Positions 35,959 to 45,170 of a stretch of 64,000 nt of DNA are shown here, piece after piece. Source of the DNA: a virus; the IMG/VR virus record IMGVR_UViG_3300025732_000017; one strand, written 5' to 3'. The position numbers and the translations under genes are program-made. Within the stretch, counting starts at the first letter, position 1, and every line of letters starts with the position of its first letter. The notes below the pieces were generated by a model that saw only the letters and a list, made by a program, of their open reading frames with translations, was not told the origin of the DNA and did not search any database.

Positions 35959-36690
35959 TTATTCGAAAAAACTTGTTAGGCCCTCCAATGGTATCTTGTG
36001 ATCAAAACCACATTTTTCACACTTATGTTCTATGATAGACTTTACATATGGAATTGTATTAAAAAAGTTTTGAATCTTATCAAAACTTGCTTTAGGAATA
36101 CTTTCAACGTATTCTAGAATTTCTTCTTTTTTCATTTCTTTTAAGTAGTATATGTTATCTTTGTCAAAAATATAGTCAATGCTATTAATAATTGATTCCA
36201 AAGCATCTTCAACATTTCTTTTCTTATTACTTTTTAATCCTATTTCACCAAAACTTAATGTTGGATATTTCATTACAACACCTATATCCTTTGTAAAGAA
36301 TATTGTTTTTTCATGATTTGGATTTTTTTCAACTGTAGCAGTTAGAATGTCGTGTTCAAATTCCATCAAATGACCACACTCTTCATCTTCAATCATATTT
36401 TTGCATTTAAAAGATAGTGAAACTTTTTCACTAATTGATCTTGCTCTTAGATGAATGAAAAAATACTCGATGTCAAATGTTGACATTTCATCTACTTTGA
36501 AATCTTTGTCGATAATACAATTAGAAACTATTTGTTTTACCGCATCTACGATATCCTTTTCTTTACCAGACTCTAGTGCTATTAGCAAAATTTTTTGTTC
36601 TTTGACTAAAAATGGTCTAAATTTTACTTTTTTACCAGAAGAAGGTATTTCAAAATCATAAGTTGGCAAATCAATTTTGGGTAATTTCAT
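35959..36690 (-). CDS. gp26: Baseplate hub subunit gp26
   Basis: LPKID.P.Y...PS.G....FRPFLVKE.K.LL; EY.F..LRA.S; C..CG....I.LEGL..FF. Confidence 0.9.
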   Translation of the reverse strand: MKLPKIDLPTYDFEIPSSGKKVKFRPFLVKEQKILLIALESGKEKDIVDAVKQIVSNCIIDKDFKVDEMSTFDIEYFFIHLRARSISEKVSLSFKCKNMIEDEECGHLMEFEHDILTATVEKNPNHEKTIFFTKDIGVVMKYPTLSFGEIGLKSNKKRNVEDALESIINSIDYIFDKDNIYYLKEMKKEEILEYVESIPKASFDKIQNFFNTIPYVKSIIEHKCEKCGFDHKIPLEGLTSFFE

Positions 36691-36724
36691 ATTATAATCC
36701 TTTCATGAAATCAAAATCATGTTT

Positions 36725-37555
36725 TCATTGATTCGGTTGTTGTCCAGGAAGAGACGGATTAACCGGAAATCCTTCCAATTCCAGCAAACCCTGTTCTCTG
36801 GTTTGTGGTGGAAGAGTTTCAGCAGTTTCCGGAGTAATTGGAGGACCTTGTCTTTGTGCTTCAGATTTTCTAGGAACCTCTTGCTGTGTTGTTGCGTATA
36901 GTATGGGTTCTTCGGTTTTGCACTCGCACATGTTCGTGTATCTAAAATACTTATATGTGAACGTTACAGAAACTCTAGCAACTTCCTCACTACCCCAAGT
37001 CATTGAAACTGGACTAACTACAATAGGATATGCTTCTTCAAAATCCATCATATATGATGCTACGTCAGAGGTATCATAACAAATTATATTGATTGGTGCA
37101 ACATAATCATTTCTATATCTAAAGTTATGATACACTTGATTTTGTGGAGTGCTAGATCTTGATGGATAAGAATTTATATAATTCATCCAATTTTCAAAAG
37201 TGACTTTTTCGTCCATTCCCGTAAAAGGCGGACTGGATATACTTCTTCCGCTTATTCCCAGTCCGTCATCTCTAACTTGTAATCTTCCTGATTTATTTGA
37301 TGAACATAAAAAAGTTAAGGTGATTTCACTAAAAAAAGATTGTGTTGGATACTTTATTATTGGACCATATGTTCTATGATCAAACGTGTTAAATGATCTT
37401 CCGGGTAAATCTACAGATTCGCATCTTAGAGTTAGATCTGCTAATGTAGGACAGCACTTAGGTATGCTGGGAAAAAAAACCTTGAACCTACTTTGTCTTT
37501 GTAGACTATGATATTTGTTTATGCTTGAAATGAAAGTTTGTACTGATGAACTCAT
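36725..37555 (-). CDS. Tail tube-like / gp54-type initiator
   Basis: RF.V, C....LPG, F..W...I, AYP.......WG, V.FTY. Confidence 0.75.
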   Translation of the reverse strand: MSSSVQTFISSINKYHSLQRQSRFKVFFPSIPKCCPTLADLTLRCESVDLPGRSFNTFDHRTYGPIIKYPTQSFFSEITLTFLCSSNKSGRLQVRDDGLGISGRSISSPPFTGMDEKVTFENWMNYINSYPSRSSTPQNQVYHNFRYRNDYVAPINIICYDTSDVASYMMDFEEAYPIVVSPVSMTWGSEEVARVSVTFTYKYFRYTNMCECKTEEPILYATTQQEVPRKSEAQRQGPPITPETAETLPPQTREQGLLELEGFPVNPSLPGQQPNQ

Positions 37556-38133
37556 TGATATTTCTTTCTAGAATCTGAAAAGACTTTTTGTTTTCTTGCG
37601 CCTATAAAACTTTCAACTGGCAAGAATATTGCAATATCCCATTCATTTGCATTTATACGCAAGAATTGTGATCTTATGTGATGTGAAAGATATCTTTTCA
37701 AGCATGGACGAAATGCTTCTGTGCTAGATAAGCCCTTCAACATTTGATATGACGCGGCTATTCTTGTCTTATCATCATATTTGTCGTTTGTAGAAAATTC
37801 GCTCAAAGCATCAAGTAATTTTGCACGAGGAACTGGGGCCAAATAGTGTAGATTTAATCCCAAAAATCCATCCGAGTACGTTTCAATGGGTATTACAAGA
37901 GGAAATAAATCATAAAATGGTAAATTATCCTTTAGTTTGGGATTATATACAAAAAAGTACATTCCCCCTAAATCAAAGGTTGTTTGTTTGCGTTTCAAAT
38001 CACGCATGAGCGTATTTGGTCTGAGACCGGTAAGATCTCTAACTTTATTTTTGATCCATTGTCTAGCCTTGTTTGAACTTACAGCTAGATTCTGTTTCTG
38101 TAATTCTTTTTGTAGTCTATCTATTAGTGCCAT
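37552..38133 (-). CDS. gp2: DNA end protector gp2
   Basis: MYFF.Y.PK....LP.YD.FPL, GF.GLNLHY, C.KRYL..H. Confidence 0.9.
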   Translation of the reverse strand: MALIDRLQKELQKQNLAVSSNKARQWIKNKVRDLTGLRPNTLMRDLKRKQTTFDLGGMYFFVYNPKLKDNLPFYDLFPLVIPIETYSDGFLGLNLHYLAPVPRAKLLDALSEFSTNDKYDDKTRIAASYQMLKGLSSTEAFRPCLKRYLSHHIRSQFLRINANEWDIAIFLPVESFIGARKQKVFSDSRKKYQ

Positions 38134-38141
38134 GAATATAT

Positions 38142-38579
38142 TTATTTGATTCCTAGATCCTCTTCCGTAAGCACTTTGAACTGCCAATTCCGATCAAGAC
38201 AGTATTCTTCAGCCGCTTTCCACTTTGCTTCGTTTACTCCCCATGTGACAACTTCGGATATGTATTTTTGAGTAATACGCGATCTTTTCTTTGGTGGTGC
38301 TGACTCTTTTTTGGGCTTTATTTCCCAAACCATCTCGCGAACTTTACCTTCTTTATCGCGTACTTTGACATAAAAATCTGGAAAATAACGATGTACTTTT
38401 CGATCCACTGGCGAGAAATAAGGTATCACGATTTCTTCAGAAGACCATTGCATCACGGACGGGTTTACGTCAAGAAAGACCATGACACGACGTTCCCAAA
38501 GACTACGATATATTATCCGTGTAGGGTCCCCGCGATATTTACTACTATTTGTTGGAATGAAACGGCCTTTGTACGACAT
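38142..38579 (-). CDS. gp4: Head completion nuclease gp4
   Basis: YKG.F.P.N..KY.GD...I.YRSLWE, W.SEE, HRYFPDF, EIKP. Confidence 0.92.
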   Translation of the reverse strand: MSYKGRFIPTNSSKYRGDPTRIIYRSLWERRVMVFLDVNPSVMQWSSEEIVIPYFSPVDRKVHRYFPDFYVKVRDKEGKVREMVWEIKPKKESAPPKKRSRITQKYISEVVTWGVNEAKWKAAEEYCLDRNWQFKVLTEEDLGIK

Positions 38580-38612
38580 GATAAATATATGGAAAGAGTA
38601 TAGGATATTTAG

Positions 38613-39659
38613 ATGGCAGAGCCCAATAGATTTAGTATAAGAGAAGATGATAGAGATATTGCAGGTGGTCATCAATCTCAAGGTGCTGGACCTCTAGCAA
38701 CTCTTCCTGAAAACAAATTTAAGTTTTCGGCGTATAATTATCCGATTGATATGGAAAATCTATCTCATTGCATGTTGTTCAATATCAACGTTCATACAAA
38801 ATCAAAGGATTTAGAAACAGGCCGTGAACAAGAACTCGGTGAAGTAGAGACTGCCGATGGGGCAAAAGGTCCAATAGTTAGAAGACAGGATAGATTAACA
38901 GCTCGTCAATTAGGATTGACAAGAAGATATAAGAGAGTAAAACGAGCAATTTCATTATATGTACCAGATAGTGTTGTATTTGATAATAGACAGCAATATG
39001 AGCAGGCAAGTCTTATTGATAAGTTAGGAATTAGTGGAACTCTTGCGGCTTCTGCAGCCTCAAAGATACAATCACAATCTGGAGATTTGGGACTTGGCGC
39101 TGCTGCTGCTGGAGGAACTGCAGCTGCGGTGTTGGGTTCAATTGCAGCAGGCGGAACAGCAATGACACTACTCGCTGGAGCGGCAATGTTAAATAGAATT
39201 GATAGAACTTTCGTTACGCCTGCGATAAAAACTGGTTTGCAGCTAATGGGTTATGCTATAAATCCTGTAATTGAAGTATTATATACAGCCCCTCAACTAA
39301 GAAAATTTAATTTTGATTTTGTTTTTGCGCCAAGAAGTCGTCAAGAAGCCGATATGGTTTGGCAAATAATTTACGAATTTAGAAGACATTCAGCACCAGA
39401 ACTGCTTTTAAACGGAGTACTATTTCTTCCGCCTTCAGAATTTGAAATTACTTTTTTAAGAAAAACTACTGGTGGATTTGTTGAAAACACAAATATTCCT
39501 CGAATGACAACTTGTGTTTTAGAAGATGTGCAAGTTGATTATGCATCTTCGGGTTCATTTGTAACGTTTGAAGATGGTATGCCTGTGCAAATACGAATGA
39601 GACTAAGTTTTGTAGAACTCAATCTCATAACCAGAGAAGCAATAGACAAGGGTTACTAA
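38613..39659 (+). CDS. gp48: Baseplate tail tube cap gp48
   Basis: I.LY.P, INP..E.L...P.LR.F.F.F, P.EF.I, CVL....VDY. Confidence 0.85.
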   Translation: MAEPNRFSIREDDRDIAGGHQSQGAGPLATLPENKFKFSAYNYPIDMENLSHCMLFNINVHTKSKDLETGREQELGEVETADGAKGPIVRRQDRLTARQLGLTRRYKRVKRAISLYVPDSVVFDNRQQYEQASLIDKLGISGTLAASAASKIQSQSGDLGLGAAAAGGTAAAVLGSIAAGGTAMTLLAGAAMLNRIDRTFVTPAIKTGLQLMGYAINPVIEVLYTAPQLRKFNFDFVFAPRSRQEADMVWQIIYEFRRHSAPELLLNGVLFLPPSEFEITFLRKTTGGFVENTNIPRMTTCVLEDVQVDYASSGSFVTFEDGMPVQIRMRLSFVELNLITREAIDKGY

Positions 39660-40282
39660 TGGCATATTTTGAAAATTTTCCCCTAACAGGATATGATCTT
39701 GTAGATTCAAGTTTTAAAAATGTCAAGATCGTTACGGACATATTTTTAAGAACGAGAATTCTTGAAAGTATTCAAAATCAAACTTTTATATTCTACAAAT
39801 ATACTGTTACAGATAACGATACGCCAGAATCCTTAGCATTCAATTATTATGACAATCCAAACCGTCATTGGATAATATTATTAGCAAACAATATAGTTGA
39901 TCCATTTTACGATTGGCCTTTAAAATATGAAAATTTCGTGGATTATGTTGAGTCAAAATACGGTTCAATTTCAACCGCAAAAACGACAACACATCATTAT
40001 GAAAAGATAATTACAAAAACAGATTCGGTTACAAGCACAGTGACTATAGACAAGTATAAATTAGATTATAATACATATGCTAATTTGGCATCAACAAATA
40101 CTGAAACGGTAAATTTGAAAGATGGAAATGCAGTTACAATAGTAACTACAAAAAATGCTGTTTCATATTATGATTACGAAGAGGAAGCAAACGAGGCTAA
40201 AAGAAATATAAAGATATTAGATAAAATCTATGTTCCTCAATTAGAGGATGAATTGTTGAAGTTGCTTTCAAATAATGTTTGA
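39659..40282 (+). CDS. gp53: Baseplate wedge gp53
   Basis: YF..FP, TPE.LA..YY.....HWII.L.N, WP, NE.KR.IK. Confidence 0.9.
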   Translation: MAYFENFPLTGYDLVDSSFKNVKIVTDIFLRTRILESIQNQTFIFYKYTVTDNDTPESLAFNYYDNPNRHWIILLANNIVDPFYDWPLKYENFVDYVESKYGSISTAKTTTHHYEKIITKTDSVTSTVTIDKYKLDYNTYANLASTNTETVNLKDGNAVTIVTTKNAVSYYDYEEEANEAKRNIKILDKIYVPQLEDELLKLLSNNV

Positions 40283-41648
40283 AAACGATTATAGTTCAGA
40301 AAAAAGTTTTGTCTTAAAAAGTCTAAACATCATTAGTACAAATGGTGAGTTTATAAACATATATCCACAATTAATAGAATTATCTATGTTTGAAGACATA
40401 TACAATTCTACAATTTCTGGACAAATATCATTGTCGGATTCTCAAGACTTTTTTGCAAGAATTCCGTTGTCGGGATTTGAATTTATTGCAATAACAGTAG
40501 GAAAACCGGGCTCTGAAAGAGAAGTTGTTTTTGACAAGATTTTTAGAATTTATAAAATGACTGGCGGTGAAATAAAATCAGCAACAACTTCAAATCAAAT
40601 TTATGTGCTTCATTTCTGTTCCGAAGAAAACATCATATCTGCATCAAGACGCATTTCAAAGTCTTATAGGGGTAAAACAACGTCTGAAATAGTTAAAGAC
40701 ATTTTAATCAAAGAACTGGTCGTATCTCCGCAAAAAATACAAAATCAAAACATAGAGCCGACATTTGGTATTCATGATATCATTATTCCATATATGAATC
40801 CATTTGCTGCAATTGGTTGGCTTGCAGCAAGAACAGTATCAGCAAGTTCAAAAAGTTCTGGTGCAAATTTTATGTTTTATGAAAATACGCAAGGATATAA
40901 TTTCAAATCTCTTGAAACACTATTTCAAAGATCATCAAAGGGAAAATATACATACAAGATCAAAAACGTTGACTATCCTGATGATACCTCAGTAAGTGAA
41001 ATACGAGATGTAATAAAATACGAATTCATGAACAATTTTGACGTTCTATCTGGTATAACGTCTGGTATGTTTTCTAGTGTTCTACGAGGTGTCGATCTTG
41101 TTAAATTAAAAGTAAATGATACAGTAATGAATTATGAAAACTTCTTTAATAATTCTGTACATGTTGAAAATAAAAAGGCATTTTCATTTCAGAATGAGTA
41201 TCAAGACAGATTGAAAAATAAAATATATGAAAACTATTACTCAGTTATGAGAATGTATCCAACAAATAGAGGACATGATACAGATCCAACAATATCTTCT
41301 AAGCAACCATCAATAAAGCAAAATTTGGTAGAGTCTTGGATGCTTCAAAGAATATCTCAAATTAATCAATTGAATTATTTTAAATTGAAAATGGTAGTTC
41401 CTGGAGACACATATCTAACTATTGGTGATATAATTGAGTTTGATCTACCACTTGTCTCTACAAAAGATCCTGGAAGTAAAAACATAAATCCATATTATAG
41501 CGGAAGATATTTGATTACAGCCATAAGACACATAATAGATGTTCATCGTTACGAAATGATAATTGAAGCAACAAGGGACTGTTTATCAGTATCATATCCT
41601 GAAGCACAAAATAGTGATCGAGGAATTGACATGATGAGGAAGCAATGA
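40275..41648 (+). CDS. Baseplate hub protein (gp27-like)
   Basis: Position; FEDI...I.G, HF.S.E, F.F.S...L, PG......G..I, SG.YLIT...H. Confidence 0.75.
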   Translation: MFENDYSSEKSFVLKSLNIISTNGEFINIYPQLIELSMFEDIYNSTISGQISLSDSQDFFARIPLSGFEFIAITVGKPGSEREVVFDKIFRIYKMTGGEIKSATTSNQIYVLHFCSEENIISASRRISKSYRGKTTSEIVKDILIKELVVSPQKIQNQNIEPTFGIHDIIIPYMNPFAAIGWLAARTVSASSKSSGANFMFYENTQGYNFKSLETLFQRSSKGKYTYKIKNVDYPDDTSVSEIRDVIKYEFMNNFDVLSGITSGMFSSVLRGVDLVKLKVNDTVMNYENFFNNSVHVENKKAFSFQNEYQDRLKNKIYENYYSVMRMYPTNRGHDTDPTISSKQPSIKQNLVESWMLQRISQINQLNYFKLKMVVPGDTYLTIGDIIEFDLPLVSTKDPGSKNINPYYSGRYLITAIRHIIDVHRYEMIIEATRDCLSVSYPEAQNSDRGIDMMRKQ

Positions 41649-43348
41649 TAAATCGTAATAATTTTATGGGTCTTGATGGTTTTGTGTGGTGGTTTGGTGT
41701 TGTTGAAAATCGTAAGGATCCTTTATCTTTAGGCAGATGTCAAGTTCGTATATTTGGCTGGCATACTGAAGACAAAAATAGAATACCAACTAGAGATTTA
41801 CCTTGGGCCCATCCAATAGTTCCTTTAGGTTCTAATACGTCAAGTATGGTTGCTCCTAAAGAAGGTGAAATGATATTTGGTTTCTTCATGGATGGCGACG
41901 ACGGACAATTTCCTGTTATGCTTGGCACTGTACCTGGTATTCCTGAAGGAACACCGAGAATAGATAAAGGATTTTCAGATCCAAGAGATTCGTCTGCTCT
42001 AAATCAAGCACCAAGAGTTGTTGCAAAGAGAACTTATAATCAAGATAGTAGCGGAGCCATAATTGAGGATGAATCACAAAAAAGATTTCCCAGTTTTGCA
42101 AATGAACCTAGCGTTAGTCGTCTTGCGAGAAATCAAGGAATAGACGACACGATTGTTGGTGTGAAGAAACAGACAGCTGTACAAAATATACTAACTGCTA
42201 GTGAAGGTTTTTGGTCTGAGCCGCAAACAAAATATGCAGCGCAATATCCATACAATCATGTATACGAGTCTGAATCGGGTCATGTTGTAGAATTGGACGA
42301 TACGCCTGGTGCTGAAAGAGTGCATATTGCACATCGTACAGGAACTTTTGATGAAATGCATCCTGATGGCACTCGTGTGATGAAGGTAGTAAAAGACAAA
42401 TATGAAATAGTATTGTCTGATAATAATGTAATTGTTTATGGCGATTGCAATATTACAATCAATGGTCGAGGATCAATATTTGTAAGAGGTGATGCCGACT
42501 TGAAAGTTGGCGGCAACATGAAAACATCAGTAAAAGGAACATATGAGGTTGTTTCTACTGGCAACATGAAGTTTGTATCACCTAGAATTGATTTCAATCC
42601 ACCAGGAGATACGCCGACATATCAAGAACAGCAATATGATCCCAAGACAGCAGTTTTTGAAAAACGTCAAGTTCCGGGGGGATCCGGCTCTTTCAATTTT
42701 GCGGGCGTTGATCTACAAGTAAGTCCAAATTATTCAGCATCACCCGATTATGTGCCTAATGATGCACCAAAAGATACTTCACCAGAACAAGCAAACACAG
42801 AACCATCGCCTCCAGTAACTTGTGGAGATTTTTCCGATCCATTAACTGAGGCAGATTATGATAAAAATCTTAGTGCAAATTATAAATTAAGAAATCTAAC
42901 TATAGGACCTGGAATTTTATTTCCATATAGAATCAATGCTCAAAGGGGTCGATCAAAAAGAACTGAGTCCTTTAGACTGTTTAGTGAATCTGAAATTGCT
43001 TGCAATCTTCAAGCGTTGGCTGAAAACTGTCTTGAACCACTTCGCAAACAATATCCAGGTATGCGTATCAATAGTGCATTTAGAATTGGTGAAGATCAGG
43101 CTCAGCATGGAATAGGAGAAGCTGCCGATGTCTCTTGGCCAAGTAAATCAAAAGCTGAACTTCTAGAAATTTGCAAATGGGCCTCTACAAATTTAAATTT
43201 CGATCAATTGATTTACGAGGTTCCTTCAAACTCTCCCAATGGATGGATGCATATTAGTTTTAATCGTAGAGGAAATTTGACAGGAACTGGTAGACCCAGA
43301 TTATTGACATGGAGAGGTGGTGGTTATGAAACAGGACTTAACGCATAA
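41645..43348 (+). CDS. gp5: Baseplate spike gp5 with C-terminal peptidase M15-like domain
   Basis: W.GVVE.R.DP...GR..VRI.G.H, YP.NHV.E.ESGH..E.DDTPG.ER; SAFR..QH..G.AAD..WMHIS. Confidence 0.9.
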   Translation: MINRNNFMGLDGFVWWFGVVENRKDPLSLGRCQVRIFGWHTEDKNRIPTRDLPWAHPIVPLGSNTSSMVAPKEGEMIFGFFMDGDDGQFPVMLGTVPGIPEGTPRIDKGFSDPRDSSALNQAPRVVAKRTYNQDSSGAIIEDESQKRFPSFANEPSVSRLARNQGIDDTIVGVKKQTAVQNILTASEGFWSEPQTKYAAQYPYNHVYESESGHVVELDDTPGAERVHIAHRTGTFDEMHPDGTRVMKVVKDKYEIVLSDNNVIVYGDCNITINGRGSIFVRGDADLKVGGNMKTSVKGTYEVVSTGNMKFVSPRIDFNPPGDTPTYQEQQYDPKTAVFEKRQVPGGSGSFNFAGVDLQVSPNYSASPDYVPNDAPKDTSPEQANTEPSPPVTCGDFSDPLTEADYDKNLSANYKLRNLTIGPGILFPYRINAQRGRSKRTESFRLFSESEIACNLQALAENCLEPLRKQYPGMRINSAFRIGEDQAQHGIGEAADVSWPSKSKAELLEICKWASTNLNFDQLIYEVPSNSPNGWMHISFNRRGNLTGTGRPRLLTWRGGGYETGLNA

Positions 43349-43357
43349 GGAAAAAAC

Positions 43358-43693
43358 ATGGCAGAGAATGATTTTGGTTTTAGCGCAGTAGATGAAGAGG
43401 AGTATCTGAAGTCATTGACGATACCACCAACTCCTATTGCACCTGCTGCAACTGAAGATGTAAAGAAACTTGAAGAAAAATTAGATAATCTTTTGTCTAA
43501 AGTAGATGTTGATGAACATAAACGTCTTGTTGAACTTGAGATAAGAGATAGATTAAAAAAGGTAGAAGAAATGATTTTACCTTTGTTAAATAATTTGGCA
43601 AAAAACCCAGAAAAAATATACATCAAATGGCCAAATCGTAAAGAAATTATAGAAAAGCAAATAGAAAAATTCTTACAAATAACCAGAGAATAA
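43358..43693 (+). CDS. Conserved T4-like hypothetical protein
   Basis: DFGFSAVD ... YI.WPNR. Confidence 0.7.
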   Translation: MAENDFGFSAVDEEEYLKSLTIPPTPIAPAATEDVKKLEEKLDNLLSKVDVDEHKRLVELEIRDRLKKVEEMILPLLNNLAKNPEKIYIKWPNRKEIIEKQIEKFLQITRE

Positions 43694-43694
43694 T

Positions 43695-43985
43695 ATGCCG
43701 GCAGTAACATTACTATCAGATGTTTGTTCGGGACACGATTGCTATCCCTCAAGACAAAATGACACAGCCAGTCCTGATGTTTTCATAGAAGGTCGTGGCA
43801 TTCATCGTCAAACTGATCATTGGGCCAGTCATTGTTGTCCTAATCAAGGTTGTCACGATAGCATTTTGGCTATAGGTTCGACTTCAGTTTTCATAAACGG
43901 TCTCGGCTGCGGGCGTGTTGGAGATTTGATTGAGTGTGGTTCCATAGTTTCTACAGGAGCCATAACTGTTTTTGCTGGCGGTTAA
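43695..43985 (+). CDS. gp5.4: PAAR spike tip protein
   Basis: D.CSGH..., VFI.G, R.GD...CG....G...VF.G. Confidence 0.88.
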   Translation: MPAVTLLSDVCSGHDCYPSRQNDTASPDVFIEGRGIHRQTDHWASHCCPNQGCHDSILAIGSTSVFINGLGCGRVGDLIECGSIVSTGAITVFAGG

Positions 43986-44006
43986 TAAAATTGAAAGAGG
44001 ATAATA

Positions 44007-44765
44007 ATGACTGTAAATCCATCATCAACTTCACCAATCGCAATACCTGATCCATTTGCATATCCGGGAAATATTCCTGCAGGATCTATTGCGTCACCAA
44101 CTCAAAAAAGTATTTTTGAAACTTTCGTCAATGAAGGTCGCGGTGGTATATTTCAAAACCCTCTTACTGATGCCATAGGTGGATTGGGTGATAATTTAAC
44201 TCAATTATATGATATTGTCAATAGTAGTTCATGCCTATCTTCCGGAGAAAAAACGACAATAACAAATGCATTAGGAACAGGGGGTGTTGGTGGATTGTCT
44301 GAACAATTATCATTGTTTAGCACACATGTGCAAATACTTTCTGGTGTCATACCTCAAGGAACAAGTTCAACTCCCGGACTAGATAGAATTTTATCTGTTG
44401 GACGTTCACTTGGAAATCTATCTAATGCAATAGATGGAGTTTCGGACTGTTTTAGTTTACTTAATAGCATGACAGGACTATTTTCCGAAGAACTACTAAA
44501 TGGATATACGGGTGAAATTGCAAACATGATTGCTCAGGTCAATAATTGCTTGGCCGATGCTATTGCGATTGCAGATAGATTGAATGAAATAACCAATATT
44601 TTACAGTCAATTATAAATTCGGATAGAAACTTCTTTCAAAATTCTTTGGATAGATTAATTCAATCTTCACTATCGTCTCTATTAGAAAGCATGTATGACA
44701 ATCCTTGTGGAAAAGTTCTTCTAGAGAGAATCGGACAAGATAAACTACTTGGATTTCTTAGATAA
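44007..44765 (+). CDS. Hypothetical virion protein
   Basis: Long ORF in baseplate cluster. Confidence 0.6.
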   Translation: MTVNPSSTSPIAIPDPFAYPGNIPAGSIASPTQKSIFETFVNEGRGGIFQNPLTDAIGGLGDNLTQLYDIVNSSSCLSSGEKTTITNALGTGGVGGLSEQLSLFSTHVQILSGVIPQGTSSTPGLDRILSVGRSLGNLSNAIDGVSDCFSLLNSMTGLFSEELLNGYTGEIANMIAQVNNCLADAIAIADRLNEITNILQSIINSDRNFFQNSLDRLIQSSLSSLLESMYDNPCGKVLLERIGQDKLLGFLR

Positions 44766-44773
44766 ATAAAATC

Positions 44774-45169
44774 ATGGCAATAAATTCAGTTAGAACGTTT
44801 AGAGATCTTGACTTAAATTTCACAAAACATCCGGCAACAAAGGATGTGGCTACTCGCGTGGGCGATCAATCCGTCATCAGATCAATTAGAAACTTGTTAT
44901 ATCTGGGAAATTATGAAAAACCATTTCATCCAGAAATAGGAAGTTCTCTTCGCCAAATGTTGTTTGAAAATTTATCATCTTTGACCGCACAGCACATAAA
45001 GCAGGCAGTCAAAGATGTTATAAACAATTTTGAACCAAGAGCAAGATTGAGAGACGTTGTCGTTCAAGTTAAAGAAGATACGAATGCATATGAAGTTTCC
45101 ATATCTTTTTATGTGATAAATCAAGCAACACCAATAGATATAACTGTATTTTTAGAAAGAGTAAGATAA
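44774..45169 (+). CDS. gp25: Baseplate wedge gp25
   Basis: DLDL.F..HP, SIRNL, PF.PEIGS, EPR. Confidence 0.92.
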   Translation: MAINSVRTFRDLDLNFTKHPATKDVATRVGDQSVIRSIRNLLYLGNYEKPFHPEIGSSLRQMLFENLSSLTAQHIKQAVKDVINNFEPRARLRDVVVQVKEDTNAYEVSISFYVINQATPIDITVFLERVR

Positions 45170-45170
45170 T

